The notes: generated from the sequence alone by a model not told the origin. A stretch of 64,000 nucleotides of DNA from Octopus vulgaris (GCA_951406725.2 OX597821.1:87792001-87856000); one strand, 5' to 3'. Shown: positions 26,085-40,385, counted from the first letter of the stretch. A program made the numbers and translations.

Positions 26085-28415
26085 ATGTTTTGGGGTCTAC
26101 AACAAAATAGTAAATTGAGGATCCACTATAGTATTTTAAAGTCTACTGAAAATGTTTTCCTTTTGATGCATGTATTGGTATGCACTGCAAGAACAGTTTG
26201 GTTTCTTTATATATGACTAGCAGTATCGCCCGCCGTTGCTCAGGTTTGTAAGGGAAATAATTATAAAGCATTTTTAGAGAGTTATAGCCAAAAAATAGAA
26301 AAAAAATGATGGTAAATTTTTTTGAGAGTTAAAAAGGTGGAGTTGCGTCCCCTAGACGGTCTGTGGTTTGGGTTTCTGATTCTCGACCCCATGTCGAATT
26401 TATCGATTTTTTTTTTCAGAACTGGGGGAACTTTTCAAAATTTTCGCTGCGTTAGTTTTGAATTATGACATTGGGCTATGTGTGTGTCAAGTTTCATCAG
26501 AATCGGTTGAAAGCCGTGGTCAGGGTGAGGGTACGAGAAAACAGACACACAGAAAACGCACAGACAAACTGCCGTTTATATAGAGAGAGATGTTTTGGGG
26601 TCCACTACAAAATAGTAAATTGAGGATCCACTATAGTATTTTAAAGTCTACTGAAAATGTTTTCCTTTAGATGCATGTATTGGTATGCACTGCAAGAACA
26701 GTTTGGTTTCTTTATATATGATGTTTTGGGGTCCACAACAAAATAGTAAATTGAGGATCGACTATAGTATTTTAAAGTCTACTGAAAATGTTTTCCTTTA
26801 GATGCATGTATTGGTATGCACTGCAAGAACAGTTTGGTTTCTTTATATATGATGTTTTGGGGTCCACAACAAAATAGTAAATTGAGGATCGACTATAGTA
26901 TTTTAAAGTCTACTGAAAATGTTTTCCTTTAGATGCATGTATTGGTATGCACTACAAGAACAGTTTGGTTTCTTTATATATGATGTTTTGGGGTCCACAA
27001 CAAAATAGTAAATTGAGGATCGACTATAGTATTTTAAAGTCTACTGAAAATGTTTTCCTTTAGATGCATGTATTGGTATGCACTGCAAGAACAGTTTGGT
27101 TTCTTTATATATGATGTTTTGGGGTCCACAACAAAATAGTAAATTGAGGATCGACTATAGTATTTTAAAGTCTACTGAAAATGTTTTCCTTTAGATGCAT
27201 GTATTGGTATGCACTGCAAGAACAGTTTGGTTTCTTTATATATGATGTTTTGGGGTCCACAACAAAATAGTAAATTGAGGATCCACTATAGTATTTTAAA
27301 GTCTACTGAAAATGTTTTCCTTTAGATGCATGTATTGGTATGCACTGCAAGAACAGTTTGGTTTCTTTATATATGATGTTTTGGGGTCCACAACAAAATA
27401 GTAAATTGAGGATCCACTATAGTATTTTAAAGTCTACTGAAAATGTTTTCCTTTAGATGCATGTATTGGTATGCACTGCAAGAACAGTTTGGTTTCTTTA
27501 TATATGATGTTTTGGGGTCCACAACAAAATAGTAAATTGAGGATCGACTATAGTATTTTAAAGTCTACTGAAAATGTTTTCCTTTAGATGCATGTATTGG
27601 TATGCACTGCAAGAACAGTTTGGTTTCTTTATATATGATGTTTTGGGGTCCACAACAAAATAGTAAATTGAGGATCCACTATAGTATTTTAAAGTCTACT
27701 GAAAATGTTTTCCTTTAGATGCATGTATTGGTATGCACTGCAAGAACAGTTTGGTTTCTTTATATATGATGTTTTGGGGTCCACAACAAAATAGTAAATT
27801 GAGGATCCACTATAGTATTTTAAAGTCTACTGAAAATGCTTTCCTTTAGATGCATGTATTGGTATGCACTGCAAGAACAGTTTGGTTTCTTTATATATGA
27901 TGTTTTGGAGTCCACAACAAAATAGTAAATTGAGGATCGACTATAGTATTTTAAAGTCTACTGAAAATGTTTTCCTTTAGATGCATGTATTGGTATGCAC
28001 TGCAAGAACAGTTTGGTTTCTTTATATATGATGTTTTGGGGTCCACAACAAAATAGTAAATTGAGGATCGACTATAGTATTTTAAAGTCTACTGAAAATG
28101 TTTTCCTTTAGATGTATGTATTGGTATGCACTGCAAGAACAGTTTGGTTTCTTTATATATGATGTTTTGGGGTCTACAACAAAATAGTAAATTGAGGATC
28201 GACTATAGTATTTTAAAGTTTACTGAATTTTTTTCCTTTAGATGCATGTATTGGTATGCACTGCAAAGAACAGTTTGGTTTCTTTATATATGATGTTTTG
28301 GGGTCTACAACAAAATAGTAAATTGAAGATCGACTATAGTATTTTAAAGTCTACTGAAAATGCTTTCCTTTAGATGTATATATTGGTATGCACTGCAAAA
28401 ACAGTTTGGTTTCTT
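26085..28415. repeat. 131-bp tandem array, 15 units
   Basis: Unit ATGTTTTGGGGTCCACAAC...GGTTTCTTTATATATG starts at 26085, 26216 (interrupted), 26721, 26852, 26983 ... 28293 with period 131. Confidence 0.95.
26217..26590 (-). mobile_element. Non-autonomous Helitron
   Basis: Minus strand 5' TC...CTAG 3', subterminal GC-rich imperfect hairpin, inserted between A26216 and T26591 without TSD. Sister repeat units show the empty site ATATGA|TGTTTT. Confidence 0.9.
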
Positions 28416-29370
28416 TCTATAAACATTTTATATAGTTCAACCTACACAGGTTAATGTGTGGAAAACAAAACAGGAATTTTGAAAGACGTTTCTACGAAAC
28501 TAGTTTTTAAACATTGAATGATGATAGAAGTCCTACAGAATAAAATAGCAATCAAAAGGGATCCATGCAAGCAAATTGAAGATCTGAGGTTTTATTTTAA
28601 GGGTCCATGAAAAAAGTTTGCCATAGTTGTATGTATTGGTCTGTATTGCAAGAAACAGCGAAGTTTATTTCTCTAGCATTCTACATAATTTAACTTACAC
28701 AAGTTAATGTGTGATAAAAAAAGATGGGAATTTTGAAAGAAGGCTCTATAAAATTAGTTTTTAAACATCAAATGGCTATGGGGGTCCACCAGAATAAAAT
28801 AGTTACCAAAGGGCTCCATAAGGAAAAAAACGGTTGAGAACCTCTGTCCTAACTGTTAAAGACCCAGACACAACAACACCACGCAGTCCGAATCAACAGG
28901 GGAGCATTTTCCCAGTCACTGCACTTTCTACAAATAACAGTCACGTTTCCTGCAAATGACATAGTGCAGCTTTAATTTCGGATCTATAAGATGTAGTCCT
29001 CGATACACTTAAATAAAATATTCGTGAAAGAAAAGGTTCGATTAGTCACGACTAGAATGTTTTATATCGTATGTCTATTCCATCAAGGAAGACAGGAAGT
29101 AAACAACAATACATCAAAACACTGCTGAAATATCATATCGAAAACAGTGTGACCTCAACTCGGTCCCAACCACTTGTTGTGCATTCGGCCTCAAACAATT
29201 ACAATGCCCAGAATATTTCAATATCATCGTCCTAAGATAATATACTTCCAACCCAATCCAAACAAAAATAATAAACTCACTACTTTGGTCCCAATCATTG
29301 CAGTTGGGATGGCATGGGATGTCAAACCCACGTACAGGGACACAGTAACTGCTACCCTTAAAATCTACGC

Positions 29371-29615
29371 TAGTGGTTCTCAGCCAGGGCTCATACGACC
29401 CTTGAGAGACCATATAAGAATTTGTTGTTAAAATTTATCAGCAATAAATTGCTTATAGTTCTACATTGCACAAAATATTTTAATTAAAAAAAATAATATT
29501 TAATAATAGAAATACGTTAGGATGTTTTTTATATACATTAAATGACTATAAAGGACCAGTTGAATAAAACAGGAATCAACGGATTCCGTAAGCAAAAAGA
29601 GGTTGAGAGTCATTG
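29371..29615. mobile_element. Short hAT MITE related to 26054-28846, degraded
   Basis: TAGTGGTTCTCAGCC ... GGTTGAGAGTCATTG ends with a similar subterminal sequence. TSD not recognisable. Confidence 0.65.
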
Positions 29616-29687
29616 GTACACCATCGCCTTCAGCATATCTATCACCAGAATCTAGGAGAATTCACAAACGGATTAGAAGGCAGAGTA

Positions 29688-29888
29688 TACGAGTGAGTGC
29701 TGAAATGTTCCTGATTTTGGGTAAAAGAAAATAAAGGATCAGTTTATTATGATTTTATTCAACATTTTCTCCTCTGAGAATCACACACTTATTTTCCTAA
29801 GCCATGCAAAAGATCTCAGAAAGTTGGGCCTCCAGCCAGGCCTTTCGCAGCACCCTTAAAGCCAAGAACTTTCCAGCACACTCTCGTA
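29688..29888 (-). mobile_element. Mariner-derived MITE, same family as 2184-2406
   Basis: TA-CGAGTGAGTGCTGAAATGTTCCTG ... AGAACTTTCCAGCACACTCTCG-TA. Interior is the reverse complement of the first copy. Confidence 0.8.
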
Positions 29889-30872
29889 TGTAACAACTCT
29901 CTTTACTTAATGCATAGTATGCAGTGATATAGAAATAAATGAGATGGCGATCACTGGGAATAATGGATCCCTTGTAATTACAATATCTGCCCGGAAAGCG
30001 AAAACTCTGAATTGAAAACCTAAATATCTTGCCAGAAATACTGTGTGGCAGACAATTGCTATAGAGAACCCTCCAGTTTAAGTTGCATGTATTTTGAAGG
30101 TTTGTCTTTGTAGTACGATCCCTGATTAGGCAAGGGCCTACTATACGTAAAACTATGAATCTGTAGATTGAACCTGATCATCCATTCGACAGTCCCACAG
30201 AAAAGCTTATTTAGAGTTCACCTGATGATAAACTATAAAATAAAACAACTCAGGATCATTAAGTGTTTTTCAAACTATCTCGATATTCCCCTTTTTGTTC
30301 TTTTCTGTTTCCTGGAAGACATAAAGATGATGTTAAGTAGAGCTCTATATTGAGGTATGTTACATATAGCAGCTAAATTTCCTCGTGATGTACCCTATCG
30401 TTTTTTCCTCTTTTTTTAAAGGCCATATTGAATTATGCAGTGCTAAATATAAGCTGTCTGAATAAAATACGGAACGGAGCTCTCTATCTATCACACGGTG
30501 CTGGATCAGTGTAGGTGGCGTCGGAATGATTAATCGAATAATTAGCTTCGAACGAACACACTCCCCTACATAGATTGAGCATTTTGTCCCCCATTCCTTC
30601 AGACTGATGTACACACACACGCTCACGTGCACATATACACATACAATCTCACAGAGATGTACAGCCAGACACACATACTTATGTATATGTGTGTATGTGT
30701 GTGCATGTATGTCTATATTTTGTATATATGAATGAAGAGTCGGGAATTGGAAAAATCACGATATACTCGTGACTATCAGTCTCATCTTACGATTTTCAGG
30801 ACTGAAAAGTTTTGTGGAATAATATATTGTACAATGTGTGACTGTGCGCCTGTACGTATGCATGTATATATG

Positions 30873-30938
<66 letters not shown>

Positions 30939-30976
30939 CTAATATAGATCTACATGTATGTATGCATACATTTACG

Positions 30977-31308
<332 letters not shown>

Positions 31309-32003
31309 CATAAACATATAAACAGTGAAACAAAGTACGCAAGTGTGTATGCCAGGAGAGAGAGAGAAACAAGGTTGGGCAAGGGTTGTGGTAGTGGTGT
31401 GCTACCATTAATTACTTTTGGCTTAGATAAGCAAACGAGAAACAGAAAGACATAGAGAAGGAGATGAAGAAAAAGAAGTCTGAATAAAGAAGAGAGAAAG
31501 AGAAGGTGTGCTTACGTATGTGTACATGTATATAAGTGTGTGTGTGTATATAGATAAAGGATGGGTGGATGGAAGGGAGAACAATAACTGAATAAAATAT
31601 TCATAAAAAACACATTAAACCTCCTTTCGCTGGAACGTCTAGCAAGTTAAGACATCATTGTCAGAACGTCTGTCATTTTGATGTATGTTCCATGCAAGTT
31701 ATTCTACAGATGGGAAGCAAAGCAGCCCATTCGGTATTGCTTGGTAGAAGGGATTACTGGGTGGAAATGGTTACGGCGGGACGGTCGTACTTTCAGACTA
31801 TTGAATATATATATATGTTAGTATAAACATGCAACACACACACACACAAACACACACACACATGCGCAGAAGAAAAAAAAAACGTATATGTAGATAAACA
31901 ATTATAGACAAACATAAACGCAATTATAACATAATACATACATATACATATATATATATATATATGATTCTTTAACTCTACACATATGTATATGTATGTA
32001 TGA

Positions 32004-32200
<197 letters not shown>

Positions 32201-32364
32201 GTATTCGTATGCCTGTGTATATAGGTGTGTGCGTGTTAGAGTGCGTATAGGCACGTATATATTTATATATTGAAATTCTATATCACGACTGGAATGGGTC
32301 TTTTAATGATCATTTCATCATTTCGTGCTTCCTTCGTTCTAAATATTTCAGTTATGGCTTGTGA

Positions 32365-32448
<84 letters not shown>

Positions 32449-32579
32449 ATGTACATATAATTATATATTTATATGTGTATGTATGTATGCATATGTACGT
32501 ATACCCTTTTAAACAGACATAAATATTTATATGCACACGCACACATACACATGTATGTACATATATGCGTGTATGTGTA

Positions 32580-32619
<40 letters not shown>

Positions 32620-32985
32620 TGTGTGTGTGGAGGGCGGGTATGTGTCTGTTACGGTTATGTGCGTATGCCGGAGAGATAATGGGTGTTGTGGGGCTGCAGG
32701 GGTGAGAATGGCTGTGACGCGGAAAATAGGAGTGAGATGGTAGGTGGGTGGTTATAAATGAAGTGAAAGCTATGCATACTATTCCGCTCTCATGAATGTT
32801 TTTTTTATTGTCTGTCTTAATATACATACATACATACATACATAAATATAGACACATATACATACGTACGTACATACGTAAATATATTCTTAAGTATATA
32901 TCCATAAAGAGGAAAATATTTAGATATATAAACATATACTTATATATATATACATATATATATTTCCCTATCTTTCACTTTTACT

Positions 32986-33018
<33 letters not shown>

Positions 33019-33039
33019 CCTTATACATTCCTCCAAACT

Positions 33040-33212
33040 GTATTCTTTTTTCTTTTTCTTTGGATTTTCCTATGTTTCCTTTTCCGAATAAGAGCTATGC
33101 TCAAAAAGTAAATTAACAACTCTTTTCCTTGTCTGAGCGTCTTATTAAAACTTTACATGTGCTACGTCCTCATATTGTTGTTTTCCTTGTCTTTTCCTCT
33201 GTTTTTTTTAAT
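33040..33212 (+). mobile_element. Degraded copy of the Penelope-like pLTR fragment
   Basis: CCGAATAAGAGCTATGCTCAAAAAGT ... CTGAGCGTC ... ACGTCCTC aligns to 966-1180. Hammerhead core decayed. Confidence 0.55.
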
Positions 33213-33266
33213 CACATTTATACATACATATATACTTATGTATACACACACACACATATACAAACA

Positions 33267-33301
<35 letters not shown>

Positions 33302-33311
33302 ATCTATATCT

Positions 33312-33346
<35 letters not shown>

Positions 33347-33380
33347 CTAGTTTCAGCTCAGAGCTGCGGCCACGCTGATG

Positions 33381-33455
<75 letters not shown>

Positions 33456-33458
<3 letters not shown>

Positions 33459-33848
33459 GGAGTGGCTGTGTGGTAAGTAGCTTGCTAACCAACCACATGG
33501 TTCCGGGTTCAGTCCCACTGCGTGGCATCTTGGGCAAGTGTCTTCTGCTATAGCCCCGGGCCGACCAATGCCTTGTGAGTGGATTTGGTAGACGGAAAAT
33601 GAAAGAAGCCTGTCGTATATATGTATATATATATATGTGTGTGTGTGTGTTTGTCCCCCTAGCATTGCTTGACAAGCGATGCTTGTGTGTTTACGTCCCC
33701 GTCAATTAGCGGTTCGGCAAAAGAGACCGATAGAATAAGTACTGGGCTTACAAAGAATAAGTCCCGGGGTCGATTTGCTCGACTAAAGGCGGTGCTCCAG
33801 CATGGCCCCAGTCAAATGACTGAAACAAGTAAAAGAGTAAAAGAGTAA

Positions 33849-33850
<2 letters not shown>
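33456..33850 (+). mobile_element. SINE family A, full length
   Basis: Head GCAGGAGTGGCTGTGTGG through tail GTAAAAGAGTAAAAGAG. Confidence 0.9.
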
Positions 33851-33893
<43 letters not shown>

Positions 33894-33929
33894 CGTACAT
33901 ATATAAATACATATATATCCATATATGCT

Positions 33930-34148
33930 TCTATTCTTTTATTCCTTTACTTGTTTCGGTCATTTGACTGTGGGGAAGCTGGAGCAGTCTTTAGTCGAAC
34001 AAATTGAACCCAGGACTTATTCTTTGTAAGCCTAGTACTTATTCTATCGCTCTGTTTTGCCGAACCGCTAGATTACGTGGCCATAAACACACCAACATCT
34101 GTCGTCAAGCGATGGTGGAGGGGTCAAGTACAGACACAAAATACAAAT

Positions 34149-34239
<91 letters not shown>

Positions 34240-34380
34240 CGACTGGCTTTCAGCTTCCGTTTGCCAAATCCACTTACAAGGCTTTGGTCGGCCCGAGGCT
34301 ATAGTAGAAGACACTTGCCCAAGGTGCCACGCAGTGGGACTGAACCCAGAACCATGTGGTTGGGAAGCAAGTTTCTTTCT
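33930..34380 (-). mobile_element. SINE family A, near full length, inverted relative to the previous copy
   Basis: Homologous to other copies. Confidence 0.85.
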
Positions 34381-35849
34381 ACAAACCTCTCCTGAGAAAT
34401 ATACATACATACATGTACATATGCACATATATATGCATATACATTTTGTAGAAATGTAGTTTAAAGATAGTTACGTCTACGATTTCACATAAGTTTTCTT
34501 TTTATCTTGGCAAGATTGTTACATGGTTGCCAAAACTGATTTGACGGTGAGAGGAAATTATCACGTAGCTGGAAACCTTTTCCGAGAGCTTGCAATTGAG
34601 TGAATAATATGTTAAACCGGGAGACCGTAAAAGACCACCACTGAGGTAGAACGTGATGAAATATGAACTGTGAATGCGTATAACCGGAAAGAATATCGTG
34701 TGGTATTCCATCCGACTCTCATAGCTCTGTCCATTCTCTCCCTTAAGTGACCATGTTTGTTTATATATTTTCCTTGGGCAGACTATAAGCAAGCATGAAC
34801 TAACAAAATCGATATCTAAACACTGGTTACAACATTGATATACTTAGATACATTAGAAAGATACGAAGCATGGGCTGTTAGGATGAGGAGACTTAAGAAG
34901 GCAGGATAGGTTAGTAACTGTACTGATTAGCCAACCTTAGTATATAATGCAATATCAAATCCTATCTATCTGGCTGTGGTTATGACATCGGCGTCAGGCA
35001 CACTTACTCCATCCTGTGAGATTCTAGGGGCAGTAACATAGTCATTAACTTTGTACTTCCGGTAGTGCTGCAGCTTCATGGTGACGTCAGTGCTCGTGTG
35101 CTGCATCAGTCAATCTCGTATGATGTCCTGATTCTCCTCTGATGCTGTGACAATACAACTGATAGACTGGAAGTAGCAGTTGCCTCGCTTTTGGTCACAT
35201 ATGTTCGCGATAGTTGCGAAAGCTCAAAAGGTCAGCGAATTATATTGATTTGTTTATTTAACACTAGTGCAATACTTCTGAGCATTGCTGGAGATTGAGC
35301 TGAACATAAAATAATCTTTAGTTATTCATATAATTTCTGCCAACTTATGATTTACATTATAAATTTATAAAATGATTAATTGTCCACAATTAATTGTGAT
35401 CACTCCTTTCGTACTAAATTAAAAAAAAACAATTTAAAAGACAAAAACCAACCTGGTTTTCACCGGTTTGAACTCAGATCATGTGAAATTTTAAAAATCG
35501 AACAAATATATCTAATAAAACCTCTATACCTCAAAGTTAATGTTAATCCAACTTCGAGTTCGGAATCCCTTTTTTCAATATGAACTCTCTACTCCTCTTA
35601 TTTAGCCCATGTTTTAATTTTTTTGTTGCTCGGATTTGCCCGCGATAGCGTCATACAGCTGACTAGAAACGGTATGATGCGCAAGATCATTGGATGCTCA
35701 TGCATCATCTACATGGATATTGAAGTCATTGGCGTAGGATATGTTACATAGGGTCCTGTCGTGTTTGCATTATTTGACTTGACACGGCCTTTGCGGAGTG
35801 ACTCAACAGCAATTTCTGAACAATTCCATTCTGTTTTTTTTTTTAACCT

Positions 35850-37130
35850 TAGATTCCCTCTTGTGTGTACTTTGACGCATTTTGATGTAAACTATGAGTC
35901 CTGAGTTCATCTCGTTGCTTTCATGATGACGATCATATTTCTTTTTTTTTTTGACGAGATTGAGCTCTGGTGATGTCGCTGGAAACTGCGTAACAGAAGG
36001 TTTAACGATTAGCACAGTATTTGAAGATCAAGAGGGTTGGCTAGGTCTAGACGTGGTACCGCATACCTTTCGCCGGTAGACATTAGTTCAATGATCAGAT
36101 TGGCAGAGTACTCATACATCAATTTGAAGGGTTCTACTACACTGAAGCCTGGATAAATATTCAATAAGCAAACAAAATACCTTGAATGTTTTAAGGCCAA
36201 TCGTCAACTTAGTCGATGGCAAGCTCACTTAGTGCAGTCTTGTGTGTGCTATTGTGTAAACGACCTGAGATCACATCTAATGTCTTTTTTGGCACGGCAG
36301 ATGTCTGTAGATTATTTTCCCCCTCCGTCTTGTCACTTTTTCTTTAATTCTAATTTTCTTGTGTTCATTATTATGAATGTACTTAGTTTATAGTCTCTGT
36401 CATACCGACCAACGACATTTGTGAACTGTTAGCAGATTGATGTCTTCGGTTCATATCCTCTTCTTGCGAATTATCAAATCTCTTCTACAAGTTTTCTTGG
36501 ACAGATAAACTCATGATAATTAGTTTTGGCGAAATACTTCATGAACTGACTTAGGTCTCAGTATTCCTCTGTTTACGTTCTGGAATTCATCCTTATTCCC
36601 TTGGTATATTCCTGCTCTGAATCTCATTGCTGATACTAGCAATACTTTATGGTAATATTATTATTCCTTCATTTAAGTATTTCTTTAACATTAGTTTGGG
36701 ATTCCTCTGGTATCTTTCATTTCAGTCTTCATCCTTCATTTCAGATTTCACGGTAGAGTGAATTCCTAGTTTTGCGAGGTACTTATATCCGTTCTTCTCA
36801 ATATTCTTCATTATTACACTGCCATGTAATACTGTCCCTAACTGCTGACACCGTCTTTCCTTTTATTTTAGTCACATTATACATAGACACCGTTATCACA
36901 AATTCCATCCTACGTCATTGCTAAATCAATGAGAAAATTTTATTGAAGAATCCATCTGAACCTCATTGTTCCCGAATGGATCATCAATAAACAACGATTG
37001 GTTTTAAATCGCTTTTTCTTTCTCTCTATTCACACCTAACTCCTGTCTTTCGCTACTTTAATATCTTATATTACTAAAGAAAATAAGGACGACATAGTTA
37101 TCACCTTGGAAGATTCTATTTCATATTTGA
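35850..37130 (-). pseudogene. Highly decayed Dong/R4-like non-LTR retrotransposon RT region
   Basis: Collinear minus-strand motifs RIFQGD, SLFIDD, FSNDVG, NGYKYL and a remnant K..YDRHH, matching the recalled GIFQGDSLS / LFMDDLK / FSDDIGM / GYKYLG / KEYKRRHD order. Confidence 0.65.
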
Positions 37131-38511
37131 ACAAGATAGTTCATAAAAAAAGTTCCTTTTATTTGTTCATAGCAACAAGATATTTCAGTTACATTTAAAC
37201 GTCCAGCGTTACCCTTAGGCGGAAGAAGGCTTCGTTTTGAGGTATTCTTAATGCGTAGACATATTCCAGCAGACAAGCACTTTGCATTGACTTCTTAGTG
37301 GTTTGATGTGGCGACTTCTACGCCCCGAGAGCATTTAGAAGTTCTGACACACACAGACACACGCACGGAAACAGAATGAAATGTGACAATTAACCAAGCA
37401 CATATATGACCACAGGGAATCACAAATTGATAAAGACAAACGAAAAATATGATTAAAACGCGATACTTAAATAGGAGTAACAAAAGCACTTCTGACGACA
37501 ATAACATCGATTGCTACATTCACAAGCCGAAATCTTTGACATCGGTGAAAAGCAAACAAGGGTGAAAACGTGGAAGAATATTTTTTCCACAAAAATAAAT
37601 TGCCTTCTTATCGGATAAATTTACCAAGAAAAGAGCGAGTTGGAATGTAGCAGACCTCTGCTAATTCCCCATAAGATTTTGAAAGGCATCAAGAGGAATC
37701 CTGGGCAACAGGTGGCGGAATGTTCGTTTTATCGCGCAGAGTAGGGCATATCGAGAGGCGTAGGCCTGATCTTTAATATCGAGGACGAGTTCATATGACA
37801 GGTAGAGCTAGTGCTCCACGCACCTGTCCAGTACGTGTTGGGGTCTAATTACATAGCTTAGGCATGTGGTGAATGCAAAGGTGACAAGCAGCAACATGTG
37901 ATCGGTTGGGTACTGCATAAATATTCAAGTCCTGATGAACTCCGAAGAACTTTATTTGTTTTGTGTGTAAAATTTTTAACCTATTCTCAAATATATTAGT
38001 TTCTGCTCCCACATTATTATTATGAAGAAGCATATTCCGTATAGTTTTGTGACCGATTGCTTTTGTATAAAACGATTTGTATCAGGAATTTGGGCCCGTG
38101 CAGCCAAGAAAGGGATAATAACAACAACAACAACAATAATAATATAAAATAAATCATCATCACCATCATCATCATCATCATTATTATTATTATTATTATT
38201 ATCATCATTATTATTATTATTATTATGTTTTCTTTTTCCTTCAATTTTGTTTTCATTCCTTACTAAGTGTCTTCCCGACACCTAGGTCAAAATAACTCAC
38301 TGTGATGGGTCATTAAAATAAACCTACCAGATTGTTCATTTACAAAATCAAATAGAGTTGTGTAGAAAAAAATATTTACATGGAAAGTAATGGTTCTCAC
38401 AGCGGCAATGCTCTTCCCAATACCTGTGACGTACTAGTTAAACGATCTTTTGCACTTTATAAAAGATACAATTTGAAGCATGGAATCAAACAGGAAAAGT
38501 GAAAGTGCAAG

Positions 38512-38576
<65 letters not shown>

Positions 38577-39222
38577 TAGAGATAGATAGGGAAGAGAATA
38601 AGTAAAATAGGCGAGGGAGAAGATAGAGAACGCCTCAATATTTGTTCAATTATAATTTATTTATCGTCGCAGAAAGTATGAAGGGTAATGATGATTCTTG
38701 CGGGATTTGATCTCGGTGCATAGGGAGCTGGAAGAAACACCACAGAGCATTCTATCCGACACTCTGCCGAAATTTCCCCGCCTTCATCACCAATAAGGTC
38801 ATGAATAACAAAAACTTAGATTAATAATAATAATAAAAAAAAATCTGCATTGAAATATGTTATTGTGAGAGATGACACGTCTCTTACAAACATAATGAAC
38901 AGCTAATCACAGCCAGTATTGAAGGAGATTCTGAACAAACATATGAATATTTTGTTACTTCGCTGTGATCGAGCAGAAATCTCCGCAAAAATTGATGGAC
39001 AAAAGATATATAACACCAGCATATATTGAAAACATGCCAAAAAACTGCCACCCCGAAGTTTCCGTTCGGAGTTTATGGGAACAATCAATCAACCAGATTT
39101 GAAACAGGAATATCTCCACACCCATCCCTAAATTTAAACAGAATCTAAGGAATGAGTTAGAAAAGTGTTGCTTCTATATACATACATACATACGTAAAGA
39201 CATATACATTCAAGTATGCATG

Positions 39223-39276
<54 letters not shown>

Positions 39277-39934
39277 CATACAACTATACATTCTTTAATA
39301 TTCCCTTTTCCTTAATTAACCGAAATTTTCCATATAAATGTTCCCAGGCGGTATTACTGAGACAGGAAGCCAGTTCCACTTATATAGAAGCTATTCCTAT
39401 CATCATATATCATTTTGTCCGCACCCCTAGCAAACACACACACACACACACACATATATTATAATGTGCGAATTCTATACCTATATGAATTTGATAGCAT
39501 TTATGGCGTCAACTTTCTCAAACAACTTTATTTGTCATGAAAATTCTTTTATATTTGAAGAGACCTCCGAGTGACATATCATCTTTTTATATGTATTTCG
39601 GATATCTTAACTACGTCTTTTAGTACATTATTCTTTTTAATATCCGAGCTGTTGGATATGACACATATGAAATCGTGTGGGAGTTGTAGCTTTAATTCAC
39701 ATATGCTAGTTACTTGGCAGTTTTGATTTCAAATCAGTGTTCGGTAATGGCATAATATTCTATAGGAAAAATAATTAAAGAAAAAGAAGAAAAACACTCT
39801 TTGGTAGTACCAAGAAAATAACTATTAGCAATAAACCACATACATCACACTCAGTATAGTCTATCTATGTACACGTCTGTCTATTGGTATCTCTCTCTCA
39901 CACTCTTTGTATATGTTTTCATCTTTCCTTTCGT

Positions 39935-40143
39935 TAACTCATTTACTTGCTTCAGTTATTAGGCTGCGGCCATAGTGGAGCACCGCCCTGGGGAATTTTA
40001 GTCGAACAAATCTATCCTAGTACTTACTATTTTTTAAGCATAGTACTTACTCTATCATTCTCTTTTGTCGAATCACTAATTTACGTGAACGTAAACACAC
40101 CACCATCGGTTGCCAAACAGAGATAGGGAACAAACATAGTTAT

Positions 40144-40146
<3 letters not shown>
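39935..40146 (-). mobile_element. SINE family A, 3' half
   Basis: Diverged homology to the tail and body. Confidence 0.75.
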
Positions 40147-40209
<63 letters not shown>

Positions 40210-40232
40210 ACACACAAACACACACACACCCC

Positions 40233-40385
40233 GGTCATTCATTACAACACCTGCCTGTGTTTGGATTGTCGTTGCACAAGTGCCATCCTGACTCCCGCCT
40301 TCGCTGTGAACAAGATTTAATCTTCTCTCTTCGCTCCTCTGCGTCACATGGGCTCAACTCCCTTCCTCTATCCTCACCTCAACTC
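40233..40385 (+). pseudogene. Penelope-like GIY-YIG endonuclease C-terminal fragment
   Basis: GHSLQHLPVFGLSLHKCHPDSRLRCEQDLIFSLRSSASHGLN resembles the PLE endonuclease C-terminus (HS...CGLSLH...R..EQ..IF.L....P.G[LI]N). Confidence 0.7.

Larger units (their letters stand above)
26054..28846. mobile_element. hAT (Charlie-like TIR) MITE carrying an internal tandem array
   Basis: TIRs CAGTGGTTCTCAGC / GGTTGAGAACCTCTG. Perfect 8-bp TSD TCCTAACT at 26046-26053 and 28847-28854. Confidence 0.9.

Noticed and set aside
26085-28415. CRISPR-like regular array
   Set aside because: Contiguous near-identical units with no unique spacers, no cas genes, and eukaryotic context.
34500-35330. Possible additional decayed LINE fragments (also 37600-38100, 49930-50290)
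   Set aside because: Only faint motif resemblance; cannot be assigned without a translated search.
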